Origin: Squalus acanthias | Taxonomy: Eukaryota | Assembly: GCA_030390025.1 (NCBI GenBank) | Contig: JASTWF010000332.1 | Location: 1 to 64,000, forward strand | Reading direction: 5' to 3' | DNA length: 64,000 nucleotides | Shown here: piece by piece, positions 38,379-49,397 of the stretch | Layout: each line of letters begins with the position of its first letter | Numbering within the stretch: the first letter of the stretch is position 1 | Notes under the pieces: generated by a model | Databases searched by the model: none | What the model was told of the DNA's origin: nothing | Seen by the model: the letters and a program-made list of their open reading frames with translations, nothing else | Program-made: the position numbers and the translations under genes

Positions 38379-38684
38379 TAAAGAATGATTAACTTCAATT
38401 TCTTTATCTTTTTCTCTCTTTTCGGAATATTTTAAATTTAAATAAGGTGTGCTGATGGCTTAATGAGAACCAATTGGGATGAGATACAAGGACAGAAGTT
38501 GCAAGACATTGCTGCCGATGCAAAGTCATGTTGGACAATAGTGTGGGATGTAGAATTGGGGCTCCAATGATGTTGCCCTATCTCTGGCCAACAATCGCAT
38601 CTGGCAAAGTCTCGAAACTCCAGCAGCGGGAAGAACTAGGTTTAACAGCTGTAGAAATGCCTTTTTAAAATTAATTCTCAACTG

Positions 38685-38850
38685 TCGGCATCGCTGGAAA
38701 GGTCGGCATTTATTGCCCATTCCTAGTTGCCCTTGAGAAGGTGGTGGTGGGCCTTCTTCTTGAACCTCTGCAGTCCGTGTAGTGAAGGTACTCCCACAGT
38801 GCTGTTAGGGAGGGAGTTCCAGGATTTTGACCCAGTGACGATGAAGGAAT
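38685..38850 (-). mobile_element. LINE 3'-end fragment (same family as 45085-45826)
   Basis: GCATTTATTGCCCATTCCTAGTTGCCCTTGAGAAGGTGGTGGTG matches the reverse complement of 45735-45780. Confidence 0.8.
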
Positions 38851-39712
38851 CCAGAGGTGCCTCAATTGTAGGGCCAGTTCAATTGCACCTGGCCTTGGTT
38901 CCGTTCCATCGCCCTGGGGTTCAGTAACTACTCCAATCAACTGCCACAATGCTATCTTAGCACAACTTCTCTCATAGAAAATCATCACACAACAGTAGAC
39001 AGAGATAGCAAGACAGTCAGAGTGAATTCTATCCGCATATAAAGGTTTGATTTTATAACGAGAGCTCTTGATCAGTAAACATTCTCTAAACCTTCACAGG
39101 TCCCGCGTAAAAAAAACTGTTCAGTCTTTAATTGTTGCAGCTAACAAGCACTTCATAGGTATTACAATATAGGGGAAGCTATAAGGTAACATTTTGTATA
39201 ATGTAAAATAGAGTTGTACACTGATAATCAGATCTCATTAAATATAAAATTAGTGCAATTCCATTGTAATAAATTTAGTCCTTTACAAAGGACAAAACGT
39301 GTTCCTTTCGGCATCCTATGATGACGATGGCAGTAATCCTGCAGAATAATAAAAACCCACAACACAATTACAGGCTTTTTAAAAATATAAACATTTCTCC
39401 AAGCTCGGAAATGTTTATGTCCCCATAAATTCCCACAGCATTACAAATGTGCAAAGCATTTGATGTGCATGTTTGGCTGAAAACATTGCAAAGCTGCAGA
39501 GGACTTCAAGTGCTCAAAGGATTAAATATTAACTTGTTCTCCGCTAAATAAACAGAATCTGCACAAATTCCTGGCACAACAAACACCACAAGAGCCGCAC
39601 TTTGAGGCCTAATCATCTTCTTAAGTCAATCAGCTGCTAATAACACCCCACCAGCTGCCAGTGCTGAATATTTATTGTAGACTGGGTAAAAAAGTTACTG
39701 ATATTTCCTTAC

Positions 39713-39878
39713 TTGAACTGTGGCCAGAAAGTTTGAGCTCCAATTCCTGCACTTGCTTCACGAGCAGCGAGATGTGTTTTAGCAGGTCCTTGTTCTGCAG
39801 CAGCAGCTGATGGACGCGGGCCTGGGCCTCAATTCGAGCTGCTGCCTCCGCTGCCAACTGGTCCTTCAGTAAATGGAC
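39713..39878 (-). CDS. NOS1AP: NOS1AP penultimate coding exon (coiled coil), 166 nt
   Basis: Acceptor ttggtacag|GTC and donor TCAA|gtaagg. Encodes [55 protein letters not shown] plus 1 nt, near-identical to NOS1AP; phases fit both neighbouring exons. Confidence 0.97.
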
Positions 39879-40343
39879 CTGTACCAACACACAAAAGACA
39901 GAACTAGACTGTGCACAAATTTCAGATCAATTGCAGAGGTATCGGCAGTCATAACAATAACTGCTGTGAAGTTCGCATGTTGCAATTGATAACAGTAACC
40001 TTTTACTTAAATCTAGAATTCGCGTTTTTCCACTCACATTTAACCAATTGTGGTTTGACTGCTGTAATGTCTCAATCTGTGAAAATCTCTGATGATATTT
40101 AGGAGTTACTTTATATCTAGGGTTGCCAACTCTGGTTGGAGGCATTCCTGCTGGTAAGATCGCGTGACATTCTAACCATCTGACCTCGTGACATCTGAAA
40201 ATATTACTGCATATCAAGGGAGGATATAAAGGGTATTTGATGACCCCCAAAAAGTGCCATAACAGGGACCTGCCCCTTTCCTTTAGGAATGCTTCAACCA
40301 AGTTGTCACTCACTGCGCTCTGTGGCATTCTATTCAGTATTAA

Positions 40344-41087
40344 TGGGCCAAAAATTCATCCCGCGACGCGAGAGTACGCAGTGCATACTCTCGCGTATTC
40401 CCACTCCAATTGCCGGTTTTCTGCATGCCCTGCGCATGCGCTGAAAACCGGCAATTGGTCTTTTGAAAAGGGGGCGGTTCCTCGGTGCATCGCGTGCGCG
40501 CTACAGGCTGCGTGCACGCTGTGCACTTCATGCTTTGGACGCGCAGGTAAGTACGGAAGATTTTAGAAATGGAAAAAGGAGGAGTAAGACCCACTTTTAA
40601 CAAGGTAAGTAGTGAATTAAGTATTTTTTTGAATTTTTTTTAACAGGTATATCTTTTTTAGAGACTTTAAAGACAGGTAAGTTTATTTTTATAACTTTTT
40701 AAAAGATTTTAAATTTTTTCAAAAATTTAATTTTTTATTTAAAATGGTTAATTTATTTAACTATACTTATTTTATTAATGTGATTTTTTTTAAAAAATTT
40801 AATTGAGGTTTAGCTGTTATTTTGGGGGGGTGTAAGATTCATAGATTTCACAGCACGTATGTGAAACTTATGAATGGAAGATGGTGTGCTGCCATTGGCT
40901 CTAACTGAGTCACGTGATCCCACAGCTCGCACGAATTCACTACGCCGGTGGGATACGCAAGCACTGCCCAGCTGATGTCTGGAACATCAAGTTCGTGCGA
41001 GCTGGATCTGAAAAAGCACAAGCGGAGTGAGAGATCGCGGGGAAGCCTTACCCCCGCGGGAACAGAGCGAGATCAATTTCTGGGCCA
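40344..41087. mobile_element. Putative non-autonomous DNA transposon (~745 bp) with imperfect TIRs and internal palindromes
   Basis: Left end TGGGCCAAAAATT and right end AATTTCTGGGCCA are 11/13 complementary. CpG-rich arms surround an AT-rich core. Confidence 0.5.
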
Positions 41088-41349
41088 ATAACTCTTCACC
41101 AACAGGGTTAATCCTTAAGCTAGTTTAGCTTGTGGTTTCTAAAGCTTTGAATCATTTCATTTAGTTCTCGTTCCCTAGTTCAATGCATTCCCTCGCACAT
41201 CATTTCCTGAAATTTTAGCCTCCAATATTCCTCCTATTTCTCCTCGTCTTCTCTTTGGGTTGTGCACCTCCTGCAGCTCCGCTAGTGCTTTCCCTCCAAT
41301 TTTACCGCTCCCTGTGGGGCAGAAACATTGCTTCCACTTAAGTGTCTCC

Positions 41350-41575
41350 TTTTTTTGGTTCTCGGGATGTGGGCGATGATGGAGTGGCTGCTATAATTAT
41401 CCATCCCTAGTCCTGAGAAGGTGGTGGTGGCCCTTCTCCTTCATCCCCTGTATGGTGATAATGCTCCCACATTAGTATGAGGTAGGGAATTTCAGGATAT
41501 TGACCCAACGACAATGAAGGAATGGTAATATATTCCAGGTCAGGATGGTTTGTGACTTGGAGGTGATGGCACTTC
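41350..41575 (-). mobile_element. Diverged LINE 3'-end fragment (family of 45085-45826)
   Basis: GGGATGTGGGCG...CCATCCCTAG..CCTGAGAAGGTGGTGGTG...GTCAGGATGGTTTGTGACTTGGAGG. Confidence 0.7.
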
Positions 41576-41597
41576 CCACAAATTGCACCATGATCCG

Positions 41598-41886
41598 CCT
41601 TCAGGCGGACATAAAAGATCCCACGGCACTATCTCAAAGAAGAGTAGGTGAGTTCTGCCTGATGTCCTGGCCAATATTTATTACTTAGCCAACATCACTA
41701 AAAAATAGATTATCTGTTAATTATCTCATTGCTGTTTGTGGGAGCTTGCTGTGCGCAAATTGGCTGCAGCGCTTCCTACATTACAACAGTGACTACTCTT
41801 CAAAAATAATACATTGTAAAGTGCTTTGGGACGTCCTGAGGTCGTGAAAGGTGCAACATAAATGCAAGCTCATTTCGTTCTTTCTT
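41598..41886 (+). mobile_element. DeuSINE 3' half
   Basis: CAGGCGGACATAAAAGATCCCACGGCACTAT...GGGACGTCCTGAGGTCGTGAAAGG...AAATGCAAG. Confidence 0.85.
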
Positions 41887-41989
41887 TAATATTTAAAAAA
41901 TTGTCCTGGAGCGTGATTGCGGAATACAATCAGCCAGACCTCCTGCTCCTAACCAATATCCATTGACCCCTGCTGGAGAGGGTGGGTGT

Positions 41990-42620
41990 GCAGACATCCG
42001 TAAGGGGGACCCCGAGCTCCCGGTGGCCTGTCACTTTAATTCTCCGCTCCACTCCCACTCTGACCTCACCGTCCTCGGCCTCTTGCATTGTTCCACGGAA
42101 GCTCAGCGTAAGCTCGAGGAACAGCACCTCATCTTTCGTTTAGGCACCCTACAGCCCTCTGGACTCAACATCGAGTTCAACAATTTCAGATCATAACCTT
42201 GGCCCCTATCACATATATATATTTTTTAATTTTATTTTTTCATCCACGCTTTTGTTTGGCCTTTTTTTTCCCTCCCAGAAGCTGGCAGCTGTCCTTCATT
42301 CTGCCAGCGCCGTTCACACTTCATCTAGCCTCTACCTGTCACATTACCACCTCCTCTTGCCTTGATTATCTCTTAATCTCTCCTGCTTTCTATCCCACCA
42401 CTGACCTTGCCTTTTGTTCTTTCAACCCCTCCCCCTTTTCCCAGCATTATACTTGCTTTAAATCTATTTCATTTCCTGCTTTTTTCCAGTTCTGACGAAA
42501 GGTCTTCGACCTGAAACGTTAAACTCTGTTTCTCTCTCCACGGATGCTGCCTGGCCTGCTGAGTTTTTCCAGTGTTTTCTGTTGTTATTTCGGATTTCCA
42601 GCATCCACAGTATTTTGCTA
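41990..42620 (+). mobile_element. Penelope-like retroelement 3' fragment (GIY-YIG C-terminus plus terminal region with hammerhead motif)
   Basis: ORF PVACHFNSPLHSHSDLTVLGLLHC...RKLEEQHLIFRLGTLQPSGLNIEF is the characteristic end of the Penelope GIY-YIG endonuclease. It is followed by a pyrimidine-rich UTR and CTGACGA...GAAACGTT. Confidence 0.9.
42488..42525 (+). ncRNA. Minimal type-I hammerhead ribozyme motif (Penelope-associated)
   Basis: AGTT-CTGACGA-A-AGGTC(TTC)GACCT-GAAA-CG-TT-(A)AACT: conserved CUGANGA and GAAA boxes, a 5-bp stem II, the self-complementary AACGTT in place of stem III, and AGTT/AACT as stem I. Confidence 0.7.
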
Positions 42621-43489
42621 TCCTAAGTATGTGTTTGGGTTCAGCTGCGATATCCCCCAAGGCTCACCCGTGAAGAATGAGCATGTGGGTGAGGGACCAC
42701 AAGGTGGCTAGCACCCATGCAACTGAATCCCAGTAGGAGTTAGCACCTTCAGGAGAGGAGGAGAGAAAATTGGAACACAATTGGGAAAGAAAAGAGTTAA
42801 TCATTTCCCTTCTATGTATTGTAGCCTTGCTGCCTTGTTTTTTACATATCTATTTGAGAACTGATTACATTCCTTTAACCTTTCATCATAGCTCACTAAT
42901 TTAATATGCCAACGTTAATATATTGGCATCAAACAGTAGATTTTTGCTGCTGGACAGGACCCTAATCAAATACAGTAATTATCCAAATACAAATATAATA
43001 ATTAGCTACTTGTTCAGTCAATTAATAACTAATCATTTTAATACATCTAAGCATTTTTATACGAATGCTACAGTCAAATGTGTCTCAAAATCGGATTGTT
43101 CATGGTATTTTCACACAGAATTCTGTTGAGCTATTAAATAGTGAGGGGTGGGCTGGGGCGAGGGGGGTCATGCAAGAGGATTATGGGGTGTTACCAGTGC
43201 TAAAGCCTAGCGCATTTGTCTATCACTTGTCTAGTGACAGCACTGACCATGTGATTTTGCCCCTCTGGCTCAGAACCTTACTCTTGTCTGAACTCTCAGC
43301 CCAGGCCTTTTCCAAGATTGAATTGGGATCCTCATAAAATATACTCAGCCACATTCACGTTTCCCATTACTTTTGCTCTCAGTACCAAGAACATATGGAA
43401 TACAGCAAATAGGCCACCTTGTTCAGAGGCAGCAGGCATTTTATCTTTTGTTTTCTTTGTCAGATTTTGGAGAAAAACACCCAAATTAA

Positions 43490-43905
43490 ATACAAAAGCA
43501 AAATACTGCAGATGCTGGAAATCTGAAATAAAAACAGAAAATGCTGGAAATACTCAGCAGGTCAGGCAGCATCTGTGGAGAGAGAAACAGAGTTAATGTT
43601 TCAGGTCGATGACCCTTCGTCAGAACTGGAAAAAGCTGGAGATGGAATAGGTTTTTAAGCAAGTGAAGGGGCAGGGAAAGGGGAGGAAAGAACAAAAGGG
43701 AAGGTCGATGATAAGGTGGAAGGCAGGAGAGATTAAGAGACAAAAGGGATGATGATGCAAGGCAAAAGGAGATGGTAATGGGACAAGTTAAGAAACAAAA
43801 GATGCCATGTGGCAGCTGTCGATCATTCTGCCATTGCCATTTACACTCCATCTAGAGTCATCTTTTGTTTCTTAACTTGTCCCATTACCATTTCCTTTTG
43901 CCTGG
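43490..43905 (-). mobile_element. Penelope-like terminal fragment with an inverted segment
   Basis: 43490-43804 is a reverse-complement homologue of ~42340-42620. 43859-43903 is an inverted copy of 43760-43804 (44/45 match). Confidence 0.85.
43591..43627 (-). ncRNA. Minimal hammerhead motif, sense to the NOS1AP pre-mRNA
   Basis: Minus strand reads AGTT-CTGACGA-A-GGGTC(ATC)GACCT-GAAA-CA-TT-AACT. Core boxes are intact but the AACGTT palindrome is mutated to AACATT. Confidence 0.55.
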
Positions 43906-44938
43906 TTCTTATTAAAGTGAGGGTTGATAGCACCAGGGAATTAAGCCGCTGTTTTTTATTTGAAAACCGTGCTCATGTTGCGTACTCTTACATGAAGAAT
44001 GGACTTTCAAAGCTCACGCCACTTTCTCCACTGGCAAAGTGCCCAAGCCCATTTTTTTAATATATACATTTCTGGCCTTATCCAAGTGTTGGGGAATGGA
44101 CCAGATTACATTTCCACCAGCCACTGTCAGCTTCAAGCATTCCTAGGTCAGGTATAGCATAAATTGACACGGGTTAAAGCTCAGCAAATGTATCTGTTGA
44201 GCAGCTGGGTCATATTTATCAGGAAAGTTCCAGGCTCGACTCTGTTGTCACAATGTGCCTCAACCCCAACTTCAGAGGAACAGCCCTCCTGCACCAGTGT
44301 AACCTGTCTTCCATTTCCCACACTACCCATTCTGCAGTCTCTCCAACTGAGACATCAGTTAGTGCCAAATTGCCAGCAGATTTATGACGTGGATCTCTGC
44401 AGACTAAGAACTGAACTCATTTCACAAAGGAACTCGAGAACAAAAGCTTTATAAATATATTAAGAGAAAGAGAATGGTAAAAGGAAAATGGCCCCATTAA
44501 AGACGGATGCAGGTGAGAGCATAATGGACAATAAGAAAATATCAGACTTGTTAAATTAGTGCTTTGTATCTGTTTTCACAGTGGAGGAAGAGGATAAGGT
44601 AACGTAAAAATAAGTCAAGGGTGCAATGTAAGTGAATTTAATATAAGTTTTAAAAAAAATGATAATGGAGAAAATAATGGGATTTAAGATGGAAAACTTT
44701 CCAGGACCTGATGGTTCCCACTCCAGGGTATGAAAAGAAACATGTGGGGAAATTGTAGATGCATTAGTCATAACTTTCCAAAGCTCTCCAGATTCAGGAA
44801 TTGTGCCTTAGGATTGGATAATTGCAAATGTTACTCAATTATTTAAGAAGGGAGGGAGGGAGAAATGAGGTAACTACAGATCTGTCGGTTTAAAATCAGT
44901 TCTGGGGAAGTTACTGAAATCTATCATCAGAGACAGAG

Positions 44939-46334
44939 GGGGGGATTTTAACCCCCCAAAACAGGTGGGTTTGGGTCGGATGGGAGGTTAAAGTGGTAGA
45001 AATCTAAATCCTGACCCCAAACCCGCCTCCAAACCAGCCACTTCCGGTTTTAACGGAGACGGGGGCGGGGGGTGGCAGCAGGCGGAGGTGAGATGAGAGT
45101 GACTGCCCTCGACATCAAGACAGCATTTGACCGAGTGTGGCATCAAGGATCCCTAGTAAAATTGAAGTCAATGGGAATCAGGGGGAAAGCTCTCCACTGG
45201 CTGGAGTCATACCTAGCACAAAGGAAGATGGTTGTGGTTGTTGGAGGCCAATCATCTCAGCCCCAGGACATCCTCAGGGCAGTGTCCTCGGCCCAACCAT
45301 CTTCAGCTGCTTCATTGATGACCTTCCCTGCATCATAATGTGAGAAGTGGGGACTCAAGAAGCTCGACACCATCCAGGACAAAGCAGTCCGCTCGATTGG
45401 CACCCCATCCACCACCTTAAAGAATCACTCCCTTCACCACCGGTGCACTGTGGCTGCAGTGTGTACCATCTACAAGATGCACTGCAGCAACTCGCCAAGG
45501 CTTCTTCGACAGCACCTCCCAAACCCGCGGCCTCTTCCACCTAGAAGGACAAGGGCAGCAGGTGCATGGGAACACCACCACCTGCAAGTTCCCCTCCAAG
45601 TTACACACTAACCTGACTTGGAAATATATCGCCGACCCTTCATCGTCGCTGTGTCAAAATCCTGAAACTCCTTAACTAACAGCACTGTGGGAGTACCTTC
45701 ACCACACGGACTGCAGCGGTTCAAGAAGGCGGCTCACCACCACCTTCTCGAGGACAATTAGGGATGGGCAATAAATGCTGGCCTCGCCAGCGACGCCCAC
45801 ATCCCGTAAACAAATAAAAAGAAAAACCTGCTTCCAGGAGGCGGGTTGGCACTTTAAATATTATATTGAAGCTTCATGCCTCTGGCCTCCAATCTCCGAC
45901 CCCAGAATCTTGCTCCCGGGACCCCGTGTAGCCGACTGGCTGGCTTTACAATGAGAAAAACCGTGCATGTGCAGTATTTTGAAGGGGCCGCGCGGCACCA
46001 AACAAAATTACAAGGAACATTGCTTCCGACTCCGCCCAATCTCCGACCCCACCCACCCCCAATACCGGCCTTCCGACCCTCCCGCCCCCGATCCCTCCCT
46101 CCCTCCCTCCCCTCTGCTCCTGGCTGGTGCCGCAGGCCTACCCGCCCGACAGCCAGCCAGCCAGCCTCTCAATCTGGCTGGCTGAGGGGGGCGGGGAAAC
46201 AGAGAAATGAAATTTAAATCAGGCCCTGCTGTTGTCTCGGGTTTCCCGACCACAATCCAGTCGGCCCCTCCACTACCCCACCCCCCCCAACCCCGCCGAC
46301 CCCACTCCGCCTGCTTCCAAGTTAAAATCCTGCA
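44939..46334. mobile_element. GC-rich TIR-bounded element (MITE-like), itself interrupted by a LINE
   Basis: GGATTTTAAC (44943-44952) and GTTAAAATCC (46321-46330) are perfect inverted repeats; AGAG flanks both sides (44935-44938, 46335-46338). Confidence 0.65.
45085..45826 (+). mobile_element. Internally deleted LINE (CR1/L2 group) with RT remnants and A-rich 3' end
   Basis: ALDIKTAFDRVWHQG...LHWLESYL and PQGSVLGPTIFSCFIDDLP RT motifs, then a jump to the 3' region ending AATAAATGCTGGCC...AAATAAAAAGAAAAA. Confidence 0.9.
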
Positions 46335-46996
46335 AGAGTGACTGAGCACTTGTACAAGTATCAGCTGATCAAATAGAGTCAGCATGAATTTGAAAAGGGT
46401 AGGTCATGTCTGATTAAGCAATCCGCATGTTTTGAGATCACTGGCATGGTGGATAGGAAAGTATCTGTGGACGCTGTCTATGTAGACCCTGAAGACATTT
46501 GATAAGATTTCGCACAAGAGATTATTCGCAAAAATGAGAGCGTATGGAAATTTCAGGTAGCCTTGTGACATGGGTAATTGTTTGGGCGATACGAGAAAGA
46601 GATTAGGGAGAAAGGGTTTGTTCTCTGATTAGCGGAATGTGACAAGTGATGTTCCTCAAGAATCTGTACATCAGCACATCACCCGCTGCCTCAGCCTTGT
46701 GTGTGCCAAACTCAGGGCACTTTTTATTATTTGGAATCATGTAGATCTCATTAATTAGGACCAGGACTGCGATAGCCTAAACTCACTGAATTTTGAACCT
46801 TCAGTAGCCAGCAGGGAAAGGAATCTTTTTGCCCAATATCAGCTTCACAGCACTGCTTCAGTGCACAGTTCCAACCAACCTGCCTTTGGAAGCAATCCTT
46901 TCGTTTCCTAGAACTATCATCTCAGTCACACATTCAAGTATAAATCACATCATACCAGCGACAAGAGAATGAAGGTCTTTGGTAGCCTACATAAAT

Positions 46997-47444
46997 AAAG
47001 AAAGAAAGAAAGACTTGCATTTCGATAGCGCCTTTCATGACCACCAGACATCCCAAAGCGCTTTACAGCCAATTAAGTACTTTTTCAAGTGTAGTCACTA
47101 TTATAATGTAGGAAACGAGGCAGCCAATTTGCGCACAGCAAGCTCCCACAGACAGCAATGTGATAATGACCAGATAATCTGTTTTAGTGATGTTGATTGA
47201 GGGATAAATATTGGCCAGGACACTGGGGATAACTCCCCTGCTCTTCTTCGAAATAGTGCCATATCCACCTGAGAGAGCAGACGTCTCATCCAAAAGGCGG
47301 CACCTCCGACAGTGCAGCACTCCCTCAGTACTGCACTGGAGTGTCAGCCTAACTTTATGTGCTCAAGTTACTGGAGTGGGTCTTGAACCCACAACCTTCT
47401 GACACAGAGGCGAGTGTGCTACCCACTGAGCCACAGCTGACACT
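46997..47444 (-). mobile_element. Near full-length DeuSINE with tRNA-derived head
   Basis: Minus-strand head GTGTCAGCTGTGGCTCAGTGGGTAGC...GGGTTCAAGACCC (Pol III A/B-box-like), Deu domain and (CTTT)n tail. Confidence 0.9.
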
Positions 47445-47949
47445 GTACATTATAATACCAAAATATACATATACATTATAATACCAAAAATCAGTATTAT
47501 AGAACATTTCCCACACCGTATGAATATCTGCAGTGAGCCTCTTGTACTGCATAAAATGAATCGTGTTTCTCTACTTTGTTATTTTAAACGATTTTGAAGT
47601 TCTGATGGAATATTATATATATATCTCTTGGAAGCTGTAAAAGGACTCAATACGATTCTTTCTACATGGACTGTGAATGGAAAAAGAAGTTACTACAAAG
47701 GGACACTCAGTTCTTCGGAAACTCTAAAACGTGTGGCCTTCAACTTGGTAGGAGGTAAAAATTTCAACCAGGGTTGCTGCTGCTGATTTTAATCTTGGGA
47801 CTCCTGCACGCGTGTGAACTGTGGGCGTGAAGAGAATGGGGCTCGGGCGTGACGCCCCCCTCCGCAGCCAATAGCCCGCCGGCGGGCACCTATAGGGTTC
47901 ACTGAGCCACTAAGGTGAGGGACTGGAGGGCCGACAACGCCCGTGAGAC

Positions 47950-48349
47950 CACCAGAGACTTGAGCACAAAAATCTAGGCTGGCAGTCCAGTGCAGTACTG
48001 AGGGAGTGCTGCACTGTCGGAGGTGCCGTCTTTTGGATGAGACGTTACCGAGGCCCCGTCTGCTCGCTCAGGTGGACTTAAAAGATCCCACGGCACTATT
48101 TCTAAGAAGAGCAGGGGAGTTATCCCTGGTGTCCTGGCCAATATTTATCCCTCAATCAACATTACTAAAAAACAGATTATCCGGTCATTATCACATTGCT
48201 GTTTGTAGGAGCTTGCTGTGCGCAAATTAGTTGCCACGTTTCCTACATTACAACAGCGACTACACTTCAACGGTACTTCATTGGCTGTAAAGCATTTTGG
48301 GACGCCCTGAGGTCGTGAAAGACGCTATAGAAATGCAAGTCTTTCTTTC
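47950..48349 (+). mobile_element. DeuSINE lacking most of the head
   Basis: CCAGAGACTTGAGCAC...GGTGCCGTCTTTTGGATGAGACG...GCTATAGAAATGCAAGTCTTTCTTT. Confidence 0.9.
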
Positions 48350-49397
48350 AGTGCCCCGTGGGAACACCAATGGCATAGAACCAAACCCCAGGAAGAGTAG
48401 GTGCTTTGAGAAGCAGCGAGAAAACCCACAAGATATACTTAAATAAAAAGCGAGCAATAGAAAACATTCAACATGTGGAGAGCAATTGTTGCGAATTCAG
48501 TGTTTCTCATAGCAGTGCTTTTCTAAGTTAACAGTACCTGTTGCCTTTAGCCTAATTTATGCATCATTAAGTCAGATCAAAGCACCAAATTCCACTAAGA
48601 AAACATTTGTGTGTACATAATGCCGTAATGAGCGGCTTGACAGACTATATCGCTGCAAGACTGAAGGGATAAATAGCAGCAACACAGCAGGGAGATATAG
48701 AAGACATTTTTGTGTCATACAATAACCATTTTGGCAGCACCCCTAACCACTGAAGACAAGCCAAGAAAAAGCTTTCATCATTTTAACAAAGAATACGAAA
48801 TAAACAAACATTTCATCCTCCACAATTGGCAAAGGTAAAGGAAGACCTGTCAGCATAAATAAAATTTGAAGTTTATTCCATCCTTTATTAATTTGTTACA
48901 CACCAAGTGTGTCTCTGAAGGTTGATGCAGGCTGATGAAGTCTGCCTGAGGCAGACTCGGACTGCAAAGCCAATCCTTTGAATTGCACAAGACATCAGCA
49001 TTTCACCCTAATCTACTGATCCGACCCTCATCTACATTTTATTCCTTAGCTGTGGGCTCAAACTAGAATTTCAGGCTGATTGAACAGGATCGATCTCCTG
49101 TGGCACTTTATGGTTTTTCAACAAATGATCCCAGTATAAATAGGGATGGCAGTTGAAAGTCTCTGAGTATAATGTCAACAACAATCAGCTCACTGTGGAC
49201 CAGCTCCAGAACATGGACCACCACAGCTTTACAACAGCCTCAGTAAAATCTGTGATGGATCCATACAACTGTGGGATTACAAACTTGCAGACATTAATTT
49301 TGAACCATACTGTACAAACCATTTACAAATGGGACACTATAATTGAATGACGTGGGGCTTCCTTGTGCATTCAGTTCTGATTTCATCCTAATATTTA

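Larger units (their letters stand above)
44455..46670 (+). mobile_element. Old CR1 RT fragment (44455-44938 plus 46335-46670) split by a nested insertion
   Basis: Degenerate CR1 ORF2 (PGPDG..., W.IANVT.LFKKG, KLL.SIIRDR) stops at 44938 and resumes at 46335 with VTEHL...SQH.F.KGRSCL. Confidence 0.8.

Noticed and set aside
47360..47444. tRNA gene
   Set aside because: The A/B-box-like sequence is the tRNA-derived head of a SINE, contiguous with the Deu domain; no full cloverleaf.
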